Source: Tubiluchus corallicola (lineage: Eukaryota > Animalia > Priapulida). From it: a stretch of DNA of 52,121 nt. A program made the translations under genes and the position numbers. Every line of letters starts with the position of its first letter. Position 1 is the stretch's first letter. Of this stretch, positions 11,873 to 24,745 are shown piece after piece. The DNA lies in assembly GCA_030141605.1 (NCBI GenBank), contig JAQGDQ010001251.1:1-52121 (forward strand), read 5' to 3'. The notes beneath the pieces are model-generated. The model was not told the origin of the DNA. It saw nothing but the letters and a program-made list of their open reading frames with translations, and ran no database searches.

Positions 11873-11955
11873 CTGTTGCTGTTGCTGCTGCTGCTGCTGT
11901 TGCTGTTGCTGTTGCTGTTGCCGTCGCCGTCGCCGTCGCCGTCGTCGTCGTTGTT
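11720..11955. repeat. (GTT)n/(GCT)n/(GTC)n trinucleotide repeat
   Basis: Direct reading; explains the poly-L/A/C/V/N ORFs. Confidence 0.95.
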
Positions 11956-12187
11956 AGTATACTTTTGACGGAAATTGACAGTGCGCTACTCTTCTTCAAG
12001 ACGAATGACGTGATTGGAAGAAGAACGGACATTGAGAATGGGAGCCTGCAGACATGAAGTGATCGCGACTTTAAAGTGATTTTACTAATTACACGAGGCG
12101 CCTATTGCAGTTGCATTACTAAATCCTTCTAACATTTTTCGCGAACACTGAAATAAACCTGACTTCCCAGAATGCTTGACCTTTCCT
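11956..12187 (-). mobile_element. Family C left-end fragment
   Basis: Reverse complement begins TTAA|AGGAAAGGTCAAGCATTCTGGGAAG; matches 14423-14645 and 8608-8845. Confidence 0.85.
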
Positions 12188-12997
12188 TTAACTACCATTT
12201 TGATGTTGCTTAGTCTAACACGAATTTTTCTTTCTTGTTCAACCTGCGTGATCCAGGGCAGCTATAATTTACTTCCAAAACTGTAAATATTGCCTCTCGC
12301 ATTGTCGACGATGTCATTAATTAATTAACGCAAATTTATCACCCTGTTTACCTGTTGCACCCCTCGTCCAGGTAGGCAGTTTCTTTATGCTAATTTTATG
12401 CGCAGCGCCAGGTGTTAATGACTAATTACCTGCCACGCATCAAGCGCTTGCACGGCTTCCATTGCCTGGGAGGTTTTAATTGAAAATGGGGAGCACGCCT
12501 GCCAAGTCGTGGCGAAATACATCAGCCATTAATTGACAGTTTGCTGTCTTCTGTTTTACAAGTTTGAAGAAGGTGGTTGATACAGGGTCCGTGATTCGGT
12601 TTTTAAAATCGTCTCAAGTATTGCTAATTAGTATTGGTAACTAGCAAAGGCCCCGCAGAAAAAATTTGCTGATAAATACACTTATAATCAATAATACGCG
12701 AACATCCTACACAGTCCTCATGTATAATGCAAAGCCAACATTTACTGAATTAAAGTTATAAGATTATAGACAGAGTATAATGGATGACGTCACAACAATG
12801 GCTTTGCGTCAGCAGTTTTCCAAGCGAAAATTGCCAAAAATAGAACATCTAATTAACTCGTCAGTACTCCTCTTGGTGGACGTGTAGGCCTGTTCTTCCT
12901 CTTTCTAAAGAGCTGTATATCTCCTTTTGAGAGTCCCACCAGGCGCCGCTGGAACGTTTTTCCTGTAGGCTGTTTGGTCAAAATTTCGAATTTATGG

Positions 12998-13672
12998 TTA
13001 AAGGGAAAGAAGGGAAATTTTAGAGAATGTAGCAAAAAACTTTTCATACAAGGTTGTAATACTTGGCATAATGCTTACGTAACTGGAGAAAATTCTTAAC
13101 AATTTAAAATGTCTGAATCGTCACTGTTTCACTATCCCAGTGGTCACCAAAACACACTGGTTCACCAAAAAAACATGTTAATTATTAATCTTACTGGCGA
13201 GATTAATTTAAACTCCTTCTGGTAATTTAAACTTTTTCCTAGTTAGTGACATGTATGCTAGGTATTATATTTCCAAACTTTACGCAAAGTTGTCTAATTT
13301 TGTTTCAAACGATATACCATCAAAATGGCTGCGCCTAACGGTCATAGCGGGAGTTTAAATTTCGCCAGTTTTTTGCAGCGTTACTGCCGACGCAACCCTG
13401 CATGCAAAGAGGCAATATGTAAGTGGGTTAGAATTTCAAGATGAATTTTTTAAGCTTTATATAAGTGCTGCAAATTTTCTCTAAACTTTACTCAGTGGTA
13501 TCTGAATCTGAATATGTTTCAAACGATTTGCCGTCAAAATGGCTGCGCCTAATGGTCATTGCGGTAGTTTTAAGTTTTCAAGCTTTATACAGCGTTACTG
13601 CTAAGTCCTGTATGCAATAACACAGCATGTGAACAATACAAGTTTCAAGACAAATGTTTTAGCTTTATGTAA
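12998..13672 (+). mobile_element. Family D fragment with an internal duplication of about 207 bp
   Basis: Core CAAAATGGCTGCGCCTAA(C/T)GGTCAT..GCGG.AGTTT at about 13320 and 13535; homologous to 23423-24089. Confidence 0.75.
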
Positions 13673-14422
13673 GAATAGCATTCAGATATTTTCTCTGTAA
13701 ATATTTTTGTTTTACTTTTGAAAGGGTTCTTTACTCACGGGCGTATGAATACATACATCAGCTGCCTAATCGCAATTTCGTAAAAAATAGTTCGTATTGC
13801 AGGGTTCAACACTAATAACAATGCGTGGGCTATTTTGTTGTGGAAAATTAGGCAGTTGATTCTCAGCAACAATATAGATGAGAACAATATATCAAGCTTA
13901 TATTGTTGGTGACGACTTTTGCAAAGTGATTAAACGAAAAAGTGGTTGAAAAGTGAAAAAGGAACCAGTCTTAATCTAAAAACTTCTTTTTGGACTGGTA
14001 AGGCGCTCTCAAATCAAACTTTAAAAAGTTCTAGTTGCCCTTCGTGATCACAGGCATCCATTAGAGGCATGCGCAAAGCGGAAAACCGGGTTCGATTCCC
14101 AGCAGAATTCACGCGTTTTTTTTTTCTCAAAAACCCGCGAATTAATTAATTTGCTTTCAAATTCACAGTGACACGGTCATTAGCAAATTGCTCAGGACCA
14201 TTTTCATTAGCAGCATGGGCTGTTTACGTCATCAGGCATGATTACTTTTACCTGGAGTTCATTAAGCATAAGACAGATACGTGTAAGTTTCTGTAATATT
14301 TTTCCTGTAATAGGAAACCAGGGTGATTCTACACCATCCAGGTCAGTTTACGAACAAAGAAATAAAGACGGAAACGGAAGCGGGTTTTTGTGTAAAATGG
14401 TATGTTAGCCTGTTGACCTTAA

Positions 14423-14950
14423 AGCAAAGGCCAAGCCGTCTAGGTGGTTGAGCTTATATCAATGTTCGCGAAAAATGTTAGAAGGATTTAGTAATAAAAC
14501 TGCAATCAGCGCCTCGTGTAATTACTAAAATCACTTTAAAGTCGCGATCACTTCATGCTTGGGCGCTTCCATTTTCAATGCTCATTCTTCTTCCAATGAC
14601 GTCATTCGTCTTCAAGAAAAGTAGCGCACTGTCAATTTTCATCGAGTAATTCTTTTACAAAGTAATTAGGTAGGTAGTTTTGTAATATTTTTGCGTGAAC
14701 ATTAGGTAAGCTACGAAAGTTTAAGCAGCGCGTGCCTACGGAAAGTCACGACGCGCTTACGAAAAGTCCCGAATTCTCCCAGTTACGTCAAGATTTTCGA
14801 CTCAGTGGCGCCAACCAACCAGGTTGTATACTTTCTATACAGAGGTAGATTGTGCTTTATAGACAGTTCTTTGCAAATTTCCTTGTTGTATTTTTCTAAG
14901 TTTAAGTGATAACAGTAAAATGAATCCAACATCTTTAGTGACTTGTTCTA
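14423..14950 (+). mobile_element. Family C internally deleted copy
   Basis: TTAA|AGCAAAGGCCAAG start; shares CTTACGAAAAGTCCCGA and the right-end block TGTGCTTTATAG..GTGACTTGTTCT with 8608-10376. Confidence 0.8.
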
Positions 14951-15058
14951 ACCCCTCCATAATTGTAGTAACTAATATTATATTAGTACATTATAATGTA
15001 GTATATTAATGTGTAGTATATTAATGAATGATAATAGTCACAGTGACTACAAGGCAAA

Positions 15059-15260
15059 TACAGGGTGTCTCAAAAGTCACAATACAGTTTAATTTCTCAT
15101 TTCTTATAGAATTTTTCTTCTATCTTGGCAAGCATTCACAAGAATCAAAAATGGTCCTTGGCAATTCTTCTTATTTAAATTGTGGCTGCAACCGCGTTGC
15201 TATGACGACGACATTAGCGTTAGAAATTGGGAGCAAAGTGTCGGGAAGAGGTCCTTCAAT
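15059..15260 (+). mobile_element. Possible Tc1/mariner-type terminal fragment
   Basis: TA|CAGGGTGTCTCAAAAG terminus motif only; partner TIR not found. Confidence 0.35.
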
Positions 15261-15689
15261 CACAATCTGAAGTTCAGCAGAAATTCCGTGCAGCGTGTGA
15301 ACCACACCTTACTTTCACTATTAACAATCTTGTTTTTCAACAAGGCGTGGCTCTTTCTCAATTAGTATTCCCGCACTATAAGACACACTCAGTGGTACCT
15401 CTCCCTCCCTCGATTTGCTGATCAATTGTCCCCCGTTGGTCTTCTGAGTTCGAAATTCGCCATTTGACAGATTTGACACCTTGAAATTTTTTCACCAAGC
15501 AAAATTTTTTGCAAAAAAAAGGACCGAGACGCCTTCGCGAACTCGAAACAACAATTAGAGATTGTTGTGCAAACATTTAACATGAAAAGTTTTAAGATTT
15601 TGGAAGTGCATGTGTTAGTCATTAGCAGTTTTCTAAGCGCTTTAAAGAGAAGTTGGTGAAAATAACAAAGCCTGGTACTCCTCCTGTTA

Positions 15690-16715
15690 CCGTCTCTAAT
15701 TTGAAGGTAAAAAGAGTTGATTCGTGGAAACTTTCTATTGTACAAGCATCTAGCGATTTAACGTGGAACATCCCTGTCCATTCAATTTATGCTAAAGCCA
15801 GGAGGATATCAAGATTTTACGACGCCCTAGGCTGTGAATTTATGATTGTTTATGTAATGAGCAGATTGAACAATTACTTGTGGTGTATTAGGAACACTAT
15901 TAATCTAGTTTCTATGTGGTACTACATGTATTTACATCGTGTTTATATTTAAGCAGGCTGCACAACTGCTTCTTGCGCCTGTTCGTTATGTGGCACTTAT
16001 ATGAAAGCTGTGCTCACTAACTGCCTGTGGTGTATTATAATGTACCCTTTACATGAATATGAAAGTATACACATTTTCCGAGGGGAATAGGAATTTTTCT
16101 AAAATGTGACGTCCCGAAAACTTTGGCGCCCTAGGCTTGGCCTAGTCAACCTATTTGTTAATACGCCCCTGGCTAAAGGGAGTAAAAGAATTTATCTTTT
16201 GTGACTAATGAAAGGAGCTGGGTCATCCGCTAATGATAAAAATGTACTCGTACCGCGATTAGGCCAGGTGTTGACGACGTAGTCAGGTATGACATTCATC
16301 TCTCTCCCAAAATCTCTCTGATTTGTCAGAAACTGTTCAAAATTACTCAATGAAAATAATTTGGCCATTCTTCATCCTTTATTTAACCGTCGCCAAAATT
16401 CTTGCAAAAAGTTGTTCTTATCAATTTAAAATCCTAATAATAAAATCTACCCTCTATTGCTAGATGCCCAACCTCACAGAACTAGTACTCCCCACCGTGT
16501 GAAATACCCCTTACCCCTTAGATGCAGAACAGAGAGATTCAAGAACAGTTTTATCTCACGTGGTTTATTTAATTTCCAAACTTAAATTTAGATTCATTTT
16601 AATTTTTTTCGTTCTTGTGTCTTGTAACAGTGTAATAGTGTTTGTCGCTGTATGTTCTATCTTGCTTAATCTTTTTAAAAATTTTATACTGTACTGTAAT
16701 TCAACCTTTTGGTTC
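15690..16715 (+). mobile_element. Decayed CR1/L2-group LINE ORF2 3' region, interrupted by a MITE
   Basis: VKRVDSWKL..SSDLTWN..IYAK|GSKRIYLL*LMKGAG..IRP..QV*HSSLSQNLSDLSETVQ..RCRTERFKNSFI; stops and frameshifts. Confidence 0.8.
15799..16171 (+). mobile_element. hAT-like MITE (family H2) inserted in the LINE
   Basis: 8-bp TSD GCTAAAGC/GCTAAAGG; imperfect TIR CAGGAGGATATCAA / TTAATACGCCCCTG; subterminal CGCCCTAGGC near both ends; removal restores the LINE frame. Confidence 0.8.
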
Positions 16716-16989
16716 TAATGATGTAAACTAGAACCTGCAGTCTTTCAGTGCAGTACGTTATTTTTAAATTTCCGGCTAGTTTGACTAAAATAATTGCCAA
16801 TGGTTTTAATTGGCGATATGAGTTTCACTATATAAACAACTATGGTAAAATTTAACAAATAGTTTACGTCCAGAGGGCACGTAACTAATTGTAATAATAA
16901 TCTTTCTCAAAAGTCTCATTTTGGATGAACTATTAACAATATATCAAAGAACTGTTATCACCGACTGTAAATAACAACCTACAACTACA

Positions 16990-17059
16990 CAACAGAGGCC
17001 GTATCGAACTCACGACCTCCAGACCGAAAGCGGATGCGTTACCACAAGGCTAAGCCGCC
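16990..17059 (-). pseudogene. tRNA-derived sequence (SINE head or tRNA pseudogene)
   Basis: Reverse complement GGCGGCTTAGCCTTGTGGTAACGCATCCGCTTTCGGTCTGGAGGTCGTGAGTTCGATAC has A-box and B-box-like motifs; acceptor and T stems do not pair. Confidence 0.6.
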
Positions 17060-18120
17060 TGCCTAATTAAGTACCAATTTTCAAGCGTTTTGATTCGTTT
17101 GTTGGAAATATACAGAAAATTTGATGCGCATGCGCTGACGTTGCACGGAGCTTAAGAAAGAGAAAGAGAATCGTTTATCTACTGCTCGGTTGAAGCCACG
17201 AAACTGTATCTAACTTGCACTATGGCAATGAATCCACATGGTATATGTACAGAAAAAATGGTTCCTCACGACCCCCTGCCCAAATCGACAAATGACTATA
17301 GTATGTAATTTTATTGGTCCAAGAATGGTAATTTAAAACACACACCATTAAACTACATAATCTAGTCTAAAGTAGTTTAACGAGTGTATTGTAAAAGAGA
17401 ATGTTCGTTTCTAGTTGGCAAGAATAACAGGCCTTGACTTAATTGAGCAGGGCTTAAAGACACGTGACTTACTAGTAATACGAAATTTAAATTCACTGAG
17501 TTACGTTCCCTTATCTATGCTGGAATAACTGTAGACAACCGACATTGCTAGCGCGTGTCCAAAAATCATTGTTATTTTGAATTTAAAATTTATGAATTTT
17601 GAATGCAAGGAAAAACGGCGCACGCGGATTTGCTGTCAGAAAGTCAGACAATTTTCTGAAAATTCCGTGCAGCATGAAAATTCTTTTCACAGTGAAACGG
17701 CGCGGTTTTTTCCACGCGTCCAGTTAGCTGCAGCTGTTTCGCGAGTTTTATACTGTATAAGCATGTCTAAACTAAGTTATATTTGCCGTATCTCTCTTAT
17801 AGAAAGTACAATTAATAATGCTAGTCAATGCAATATCACACCCGTTTGTTTTTTTTAGTAAAGTCCTACTAACCATTTTTAAATATGAAAATATGCATAT
17901 ATAAAATCAACATGTGTGCGTTATTTTCCTTTTTCACGAATTGTTGCATCGATATAACATAAAATCGTGAATTTGTTAAAAAAGAGATTAATTCTTTGAA
18001 TTTTATGCTGAACTATGTTAATTGTTGTTCGTCAAATAAGAAAGGGGTAATTGAGTTGTTAAATTTAACACTGGATCCTCACGAAATTGGAACATGCAGT
18101 ATTTCTGCCATACGGGAAGA

Positions 18121-18266
18121 TTCCTCACGAGGAGGACGCACAGCTTCTAACTGGCAGGCGGCAGAATTCCTCACGAGGAGGACGCACAGCTTCTAACTGA
18201 CAGGCGGCAGAATTCCTCACGAGGAGGACGCAGAGCTTCTAACTGACAGAGTTCCTCACGAGGAAC
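18121..18266. repeat. 46-bp tandem repeat x about 3.3 with palindromic core TCCTCACGAGGA
   Basis: Units start at 18121, 18167, 18213 and 18252 (third unit shortened). Confidence 0.9.
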
Positions 18267-18836
18267 TGCACGAGACATCTTGCTGCGCGTCCTCACTATG
18301 AAATGGCCCTAAGTGCACTGACTCACTGGCGTTATGCCATTACCAAGTCTATTGAAATCGAGTCCCACTGATGAAACAGGTGGATTTTTTTTACATCAGC
18401 TTGTTAATGACTTACTGACAAGTTTATTAAAATGTAAACTCCAGTCCGCATTATAATCTGTGTTAGTAGTAATCTTCGGAAACCAGGTGCGCAGTACCGA
18501 CATTCTTTATTAACAGTCATTAATGACAATAACGACATTCTTTCACGCATCTTCGTGCGCGTTTAATTTTTGATTTATGCTCGACTTATGAATAACATAA
18601 TTATATGACTTTTTGAAAAATTAGCTGCAAACGTCTTTAAGATACTTATTCTAATCAGCAGTGCTTCTGATTAATGCAATGTTTGATAAGCGAAAATTAT
18701 ATGATATTAAATTTTTTGCGTCACTTTTCAGATTCCGCTTCATTTTTTATATACAGGGTGTTGCAGAAAAAACGGCGGAGCAGAAATCCGGTGATATGCT
18801 GTTAAAAAATACAATGAAATATGGTCAGAGTGTTAA

Positions 18837-19326
18837 AGGAAGACAGGGTGATTTTTCATATACCACCCCATTTCCAAATCCGATAAAAAGTATACATTTT
18901 AACAACAGTTAGTACTGCAAAAGCTTTTCTGATAATTAGAATTAATAGATTAAAAACTTAATTAACGACAGGCGAGCCCAACTGTTAGTGACATCACAAA
19001 CTAACATAATTTCCAACAGCAAAAATATTCCACGAGCGTGTTGCACGTGTTTGCGAAAGCGAAAATTGAAGTACAGTGCTACTGTAAGATATATAGTGTG
19101 TTGTACTAAAACTTGGCAAGTTTTAAGATAAAAATTCAAATTTCAAATTTACGTTTTTGCTCACGCATGAACTGTCGAACGTGCGTAGTTCGTCACAAAC
19201 TAACACATCTGAACTGAGCGGTACAGTACCTGTTTTTTGTGCAATGCATTTCCGAAATGTTTTCTTTCAATATTTTAAAGAGTAGATTGTTTTGAGCTAC
19301 AGTTTAAGATTGGGTCTGGTTTTGCT
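18837..19326 (-). mobile_element. Family A copy
   Basis: TTAA|AGGAAGACAGGGTG ... GGTTTTGCT|TTAA. Confidence 0.9.
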
Positions 19327-19399
19327 TTAAATAATTTAGTAGAACATTATTCAGCAGACATAAGCGGAAGTTCTGAAAAACAGACAGGAAGAAAGGACG

Positions 19400-19846
19400 T
19401 GAAAAGGGAATTTTTAAGTTTATCTTAAAAAACTTTCTATACAAAATTATACTACTTAGCAGTACGCTTACCTGTTTGAAACACTTAATAAAATTCTTAA
19501 TAATTTGAAATATTTGCGCCAAGTGGTAAAGACTGTATCGCCATAAGACACATTATTGATCTTATTAACAAGGTAAAGTAATTCATACTTTGCTTAGTTA
19601 GCGAAGAGTTTACTACAGAGACCGATTATTTTTCCAACTTTATGCAAAGCTATCTAAACTGGTTTTAAACGATTTACCCTTAAAATGGCTGCACCTAACG
19701 GTCATCGCGGGAGTTTAAACATACACGTTTTATACAGCATTACTGCCGATGCAAGCTCTGCATGCAAAAAGGTAGTATGTAAGTGGCGTAACATTTCAAG
19801 ACGATTTTTAAGCTTTATGCAAGTGAAGGGTTTTCTTGTGTTGTAA
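19400..19846 (+). mobile_element. Family D fragment (right part)
   Basis: AAAATGGCTGCACCTAACGGTCATCGCGGGAGTTTAAA core; ends GGGTTTTCTTGTG. Confidence 0.75.
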
Positions 19847-21418
19847 ACGGTAACTGCTTGAACGCTTTTATAGCAATTAAGAAAGATGCCATTTTAAAGG
19901 CGCTTAAGAATTTTTACAGATATATTTGTTTTATTTATGCTGTCGTAAGTTGCAAATTTTTACACAGTCAAGTTGTCAATGTCGAATGTTTGATTTATTA
20001 CCTCTAATACATTACAAATTAAAACTTAAATTAATGAAGTTTTTATACATCGGTCTGACTCAGAAAATAATATTTTATCGCCTAATCTGTAATCTACCGT
20101 TTGCTTTTTTGCGTTAGAGTTTAATCTTTTAAACGGAAAAATCAAGGAGCTATTTTTCCACCTGTCATGGCGTCGTGCTGTTGTGCAATGATAATCTCGT
20201 GTTCTTAATACAAATCCTCGTTTTATTTCTTTGATGGCAACTATTTGCATAAATTAGCATAATTTCCGCATTACCGAGCTCGCGTTAAAAAGCGATTCAA
20301 TTTTTTTCAATTTGTTTTATGCGCAAAAACTTTCGTTCGACACGTTGCGCTTTACGTCATTCCAGCAGGTGAATTCGCCTAATGCAAAACACCCCAATGT
20401 GTCGGATATGAATGCAGTTTGGTGGGCAGGTCTGGTTTGTTTAGAAATTGAAAAATTCCAAATTTGATCGAAATCGGGCCAACGGTTCCAAAGTTTTGGG
20501 CCTTTGAAAATGGCCGAAAGGGCCAAAAAATCGCCAAAATCGGCGCGACCGGCAATTTTTAAACGTTCATAACTCAAAAAGTTTAAATCCAATTTTGATG
20601 GGAGTGGTGTCATTTTAAAGGGAATTCAACAAGCTTTCAGAATCTGCCACAAAACTTCAGATAAGTGGCGTCTGAATATATGTGAACCTTTGACCTTTAT
20701 TTTGACCTTGAAAATGACCTTGTGGGACAGAACTTTTTGGACCGAGCCTGTCATTTTTGAATTCCTTGGTATCTGAATCATGTACTCTGTAAAAAGCTAA
20801 GGTGCTTTTTGCTTTGAACAATTTCTACAGGCATAGGCAGAAGGGGTAGATGGCCGAGACAACCAAGGGAAAATATGTTATGTCCTTGTGGGGACATTCA
20901 AACTGAGAAAAACACGTTATACAGACATGCCCCCTAACATCAAATATTAGAAACCGCTACGACAATGTAAATTTTGCTGATTTAACTCACTTCTTTGAGC
21001 ACAGTAATTGTTATATAATATGTTACGAAATTTTGCAACTTTTATGCTGATGTACCTTGTATCCATAACACTGTTTTTAATGCAATAACCTTGAGTAGGA
21101 AATGTACGTAAAGTGACAATCTGGACTAAAATCACTAATGTATCGATTGTGGCATTTACCTCGTTCCTCGTGTATACACGTAACTTGTTTTAGTCAATAA
21201 ATTACATACATACATACATACATATATGTCACAAAGTACGTATGTGTACCATATGTTTCATATGCATCAATTCAATATTTGGTGTTTAGCAGTCAGTAAC
21301 CTTTAAATTTTACCAGCTTATGACGTGCATTTTGTATAATTCGTGAATTAATTTTAATCAAACATGGATGAGTGCAGTTTTTGTTCGAATGAAAGTTCGT
21401 GTCGTTATCTAACGTACA

Positions 21419-22530
21419 CCCGGAAGACACACACACACACATATATATATATAATAATCTTTATTTGCCATTATAATACTTTGATAATAACTGATGAAAA
21501 CTTTACAGAGATGATCAATCAGTGTTAGTTAATAAAAACTTACACTGCTAAAGGCAAATGCGTCAGTGCAGTCTAAACTACTGTGCAGTAATGGAAAGTA
21601 ACGACGAATAAAATCAAACATATTTACAACTATGCACAAAAAATGAAAAAATTATGATTGGCCGTGCATATATGAATTCTGAATTAGTGTGTATGTTGTC
21701 GTACTGGCGTGATGGTGTTTCATATCTGGTTAATATTGGTGATTTTAATTTTGTTTTAAATGCTGATAGGGACATGATTTGTTTAATCTGTAATGGTAGA
21801 GAATTCCAAAGTAGAATTGCTTGTTTGATTACAGAGTTCGTTGGTGGGTATTGAGGAATGTTGAGGCATTTAAACCAAGACCAGACTCAATCTGAAACTG
21901 CAGGTCAAAATATCCACTCTTTAAAATATTGAAAGGGAACATACTATTTTTTCTAAAATGACTTATGTGAAGGAATAATCACCGCATAAACAAAATTTCA
22001 CATTCGCGCCACTAGTTTTTCGCTGTTACATGCATTTCGCCATTCTCTTGTTAGATGGGCACTAGCGCCTGCACATCGAAAACGCATTATACAAAAACAG
22101 GTGCTGTACCTCTCAGTTCAGATGTGTTAGTTTGTGACGAACTACACACATTCGACAGCTCATGCGTGAGCACAGCGGTAAATTTGGAATCTGAATTTTT
22201 ATCTTAAAACTTGCCTAGTTTTAGTACAACACACTGAATATCTTACAGTAGCACTGTACTTCAATTTTTGCTTTCGCAAGAGCTTTTGCTGTTGAAAATT
22301 ATGTTAGTTTGTGATGTCATCAACAGTTGGGCTCGCACGCCATTAATTAAGTTTTTAAACTATTATTTAATTATCAGAAATGCTTTTGCAATATTAATTG
22401 TGATAAAATGTATACTTTTTATCGGGACTTGAAAATGGGGTAGTGTATGAAAAATCATCCTGTCTTCATTTAAGTCCACGAACTGATGTCCCTTTACCGA
22501 TCACAACTTTGTGTGAGCATCGTGAACAGT
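21419..22530 (-). mobile_element. CR1/L2-group LINE 3' end (family L-a), split by a family A insertion
   Basis: Reverse-strand frame HKVVIGKGTSVRGL|KCLNIPQYPPTNSVIKQAILLWNSLPLQIKQIMSLSAFKTKLK is continuous after removing A; AATAAA plus microsatellite tail. Confidence 0.8.
21874..22469 (+). mobile_element. Family A copy
   Basis: TTAA at 21870-21873 and 22470-22473. Confidence 0.9.
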
Positions 22531-22569
22531 TATGCCAGAATGACGTGTTCAGTTAGTTTAAACATAATT

Positions 22570-22965
22570 TATTTAGGATTGGATCAGACAGTTTGAACAA
22601 CATGATTTAGGATCCTCACCACAACAGACTTTATACACTATTTACAAGAACATTTACAGTAAGAATTGGCTATAACTACACAAGCTGACAAGTTTTACAT
22701 TAGACATTAGTAGAAAATGACGGTTAGAAAATACTAATGTACGAATATTTAAGACTGATGCATTTCATATCAGATAGAAACTATTGGACGTAATAGCTAC
22801 TGGAAGCATTTAGTACGTAATATAAAGTCATGTATCATTGGAATATTTTACAGATAGCAACATAGTTAAATTCATCTTTTCCGAATAATGACAACTTCAA
22901 CAGATCATTATTTCCTAAGGCAGCTATATTAAGGTTTAATTTATTGACGTGTTTACACAAAACTG
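22570..22965 (-). mobile_element. Decayed non-LTR retrotransposon 3' end
   Basis: Reverse strand NDLLKLSLFGKDEFNYVAICKIFQ/IHDFILRTKCF resembles the LLxG...IF..V..FI..TxRF end of LINE ORF2; AATAAA at the 3' end. Confidence 0.55.
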
Positions 22966-23422
22966 CTTATAACATTTGCGCTAGGTTCTGAGTTCGCGAA
23001 GATCAGTTGTTGTCATAGATTAAGTTTCATTAAATTACAATAATCAAAATTAAAAAAATCTTGACTTGTTTTTGCTGCAATGAAGCCTGAAACTTTGTCC
23101 GGCGTATCAATACGTAACGTATACAAATTTGTATGAAAGTCACTTACTTTTCGAATTCATAATTATAGTATCATTCGCATATTGCTTACATAGTTTAGTG
23201 ATATTTATGAATTATACACCCTTGTTGCAGCTTGGAAATTGTATATTGATACTGTACAGTCTACTCTTTGCGTATGTAGGTATACAGCATTGTTGAGTAG
23301 CACGTTGTATACTGTACAAAATGGCGGCTCAGACGTATTAGGGGCCTGTCTAGCTCATAGAAAATACTGATGGTGGCCAATGTTTTACGTCAATGAAGAA
23401 ATTACAATTCTACATCGCTTAA

Positions 23423-24089
23423 AGGACAAGAAAAGGGGTACCTGAAGTGGTTTCAGGAAAATTGCCTTAAAGAGTTATACTACTTTATAGCAATTTTATA
23501 CGTATATCGTACTCGTGTTGAAAGGATTTTTTGTTTGTTTTCATTTTAAATCTCCCGCAATACCGACGCGCCATTACATGACGTCATGTACGCAAAACGT
23601 AAATTAAGGGAAGAAAAGGAAATGTCCCAAAAAACTTTCCGTGCAAAATTGTGTTACTTAGCATTTCACTGTCCTGTTTGAAAGAATCATGTAACTAGAA
23701 AAGAAAATTATTAATTATTTGCAATGTTTTTACCAAATGGTAAAATGTCGTTGACTCACCCTCCAGGGTGCGCCACTCATTAACCGTAAATGTATTTTTA
23801 ATCTTATTGACAAGATACAGTAATTTTAAATTTTACTTAGTTAGTGACATGTGCGCTACGAATGCCCTGATTATTTTTTCAAAGTTTACACAATGTTATC
23901 TAAACTTGTTTCAAATGACCTGTCGTCAAAATGGCTGCATCTAGCGGTTATCGCGGGAGTTTAAATTTACATGTTTTATACCACGTTACAGCCACCGCAA
24001 GCCCTGTATGCAAAAAGAATGCATGTAAGTGGTAGAGAATTATAAGACATATTTTTAAGCTTTATGTAAGTGGAGGGTTTTCTTGTGCT
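23423..24089 (+). mobile_element. Kolobok-like family D, complete copy
   Basis: TTAA|AGGACAAGAAAA ... TTTTCTTGTGCT|TTAA (12-bp TIR, 1 mismatch); five other partial copies in the window. Confidence 0.78.
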
Positions 24090-24745
24090 TTAAATTTCCA
24101 AAGACGTACCTTACGTTTTTACTTTGTAATTTTGAAAACCATGAAATTATTAAACTCTTTACAATATAGTTGCATGTATTCGTAGTCTTTCTGCATTTAA
24201 AGAAGAAAAAAACGTAATATATATCTCTCCCCCACCTGTGGCCAGTACGTTAACATTGTGTCTTAGAATTAATTTAATCTTTATTGATGAACTGTTACGT
24301 CAACACTGGTTTGCATTGGTTGGCTGGCAGCTGGTATCGGTACATGGGAGGAGTCATCAGCCTGTGGGCGTGGTTTTTGGAAAGGTGTATCGCGTTCTCA
24401 TTGGTTATTCGATTGATAATAATCGTTATTATCTCACTGAGTCCACGCTGTATATGAAAGGCTGGCTTAATTGATATCGTATTGGCTGTTACGTACATTG
24501 CACGAACGATGCACGGATACAGTACGAGATTGTTCAACATTCGGCAATGAAAGGCATTGACGCGTGTTGCTTCTCTTTGAATGAAAACATAAAATTGACT
24601 CTTTATGTAGAACCAATGGCGTTTGTAAATAAAACCTACTGTTTGCAGTGCAAGTTAACCTATATTTAAAAGAGAAATAAACGTAAAAAAGGCAATAAAA
24701 AACTAAACTTATTACACCCAGCTATAAGTCCTACAAACTGTTACG

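Noticed and set aside
12853-12962. Minus-strand exon (EKRSSGAWWDSQKEIY.. or KTFQRRLVGL..)
   Set aside because: Weak polypyrimidine tract, no good donor, no recognisable homology
16990-17059. Functional tRNA gene
   Set aside because: Acceptor and T stems do not pair; no T-run terminator directly downstream
18751-18795. TA|CAGGGTG Tc1/mariner-like end
   Set aside because: Only a short motif; no matching opposite TIR found
20240-20835. Probable DNA-transposon terminal region (also 15385-15615)
   Set aside because: Looks transposon-like, but no paired TIR, TSD or second copy in the window
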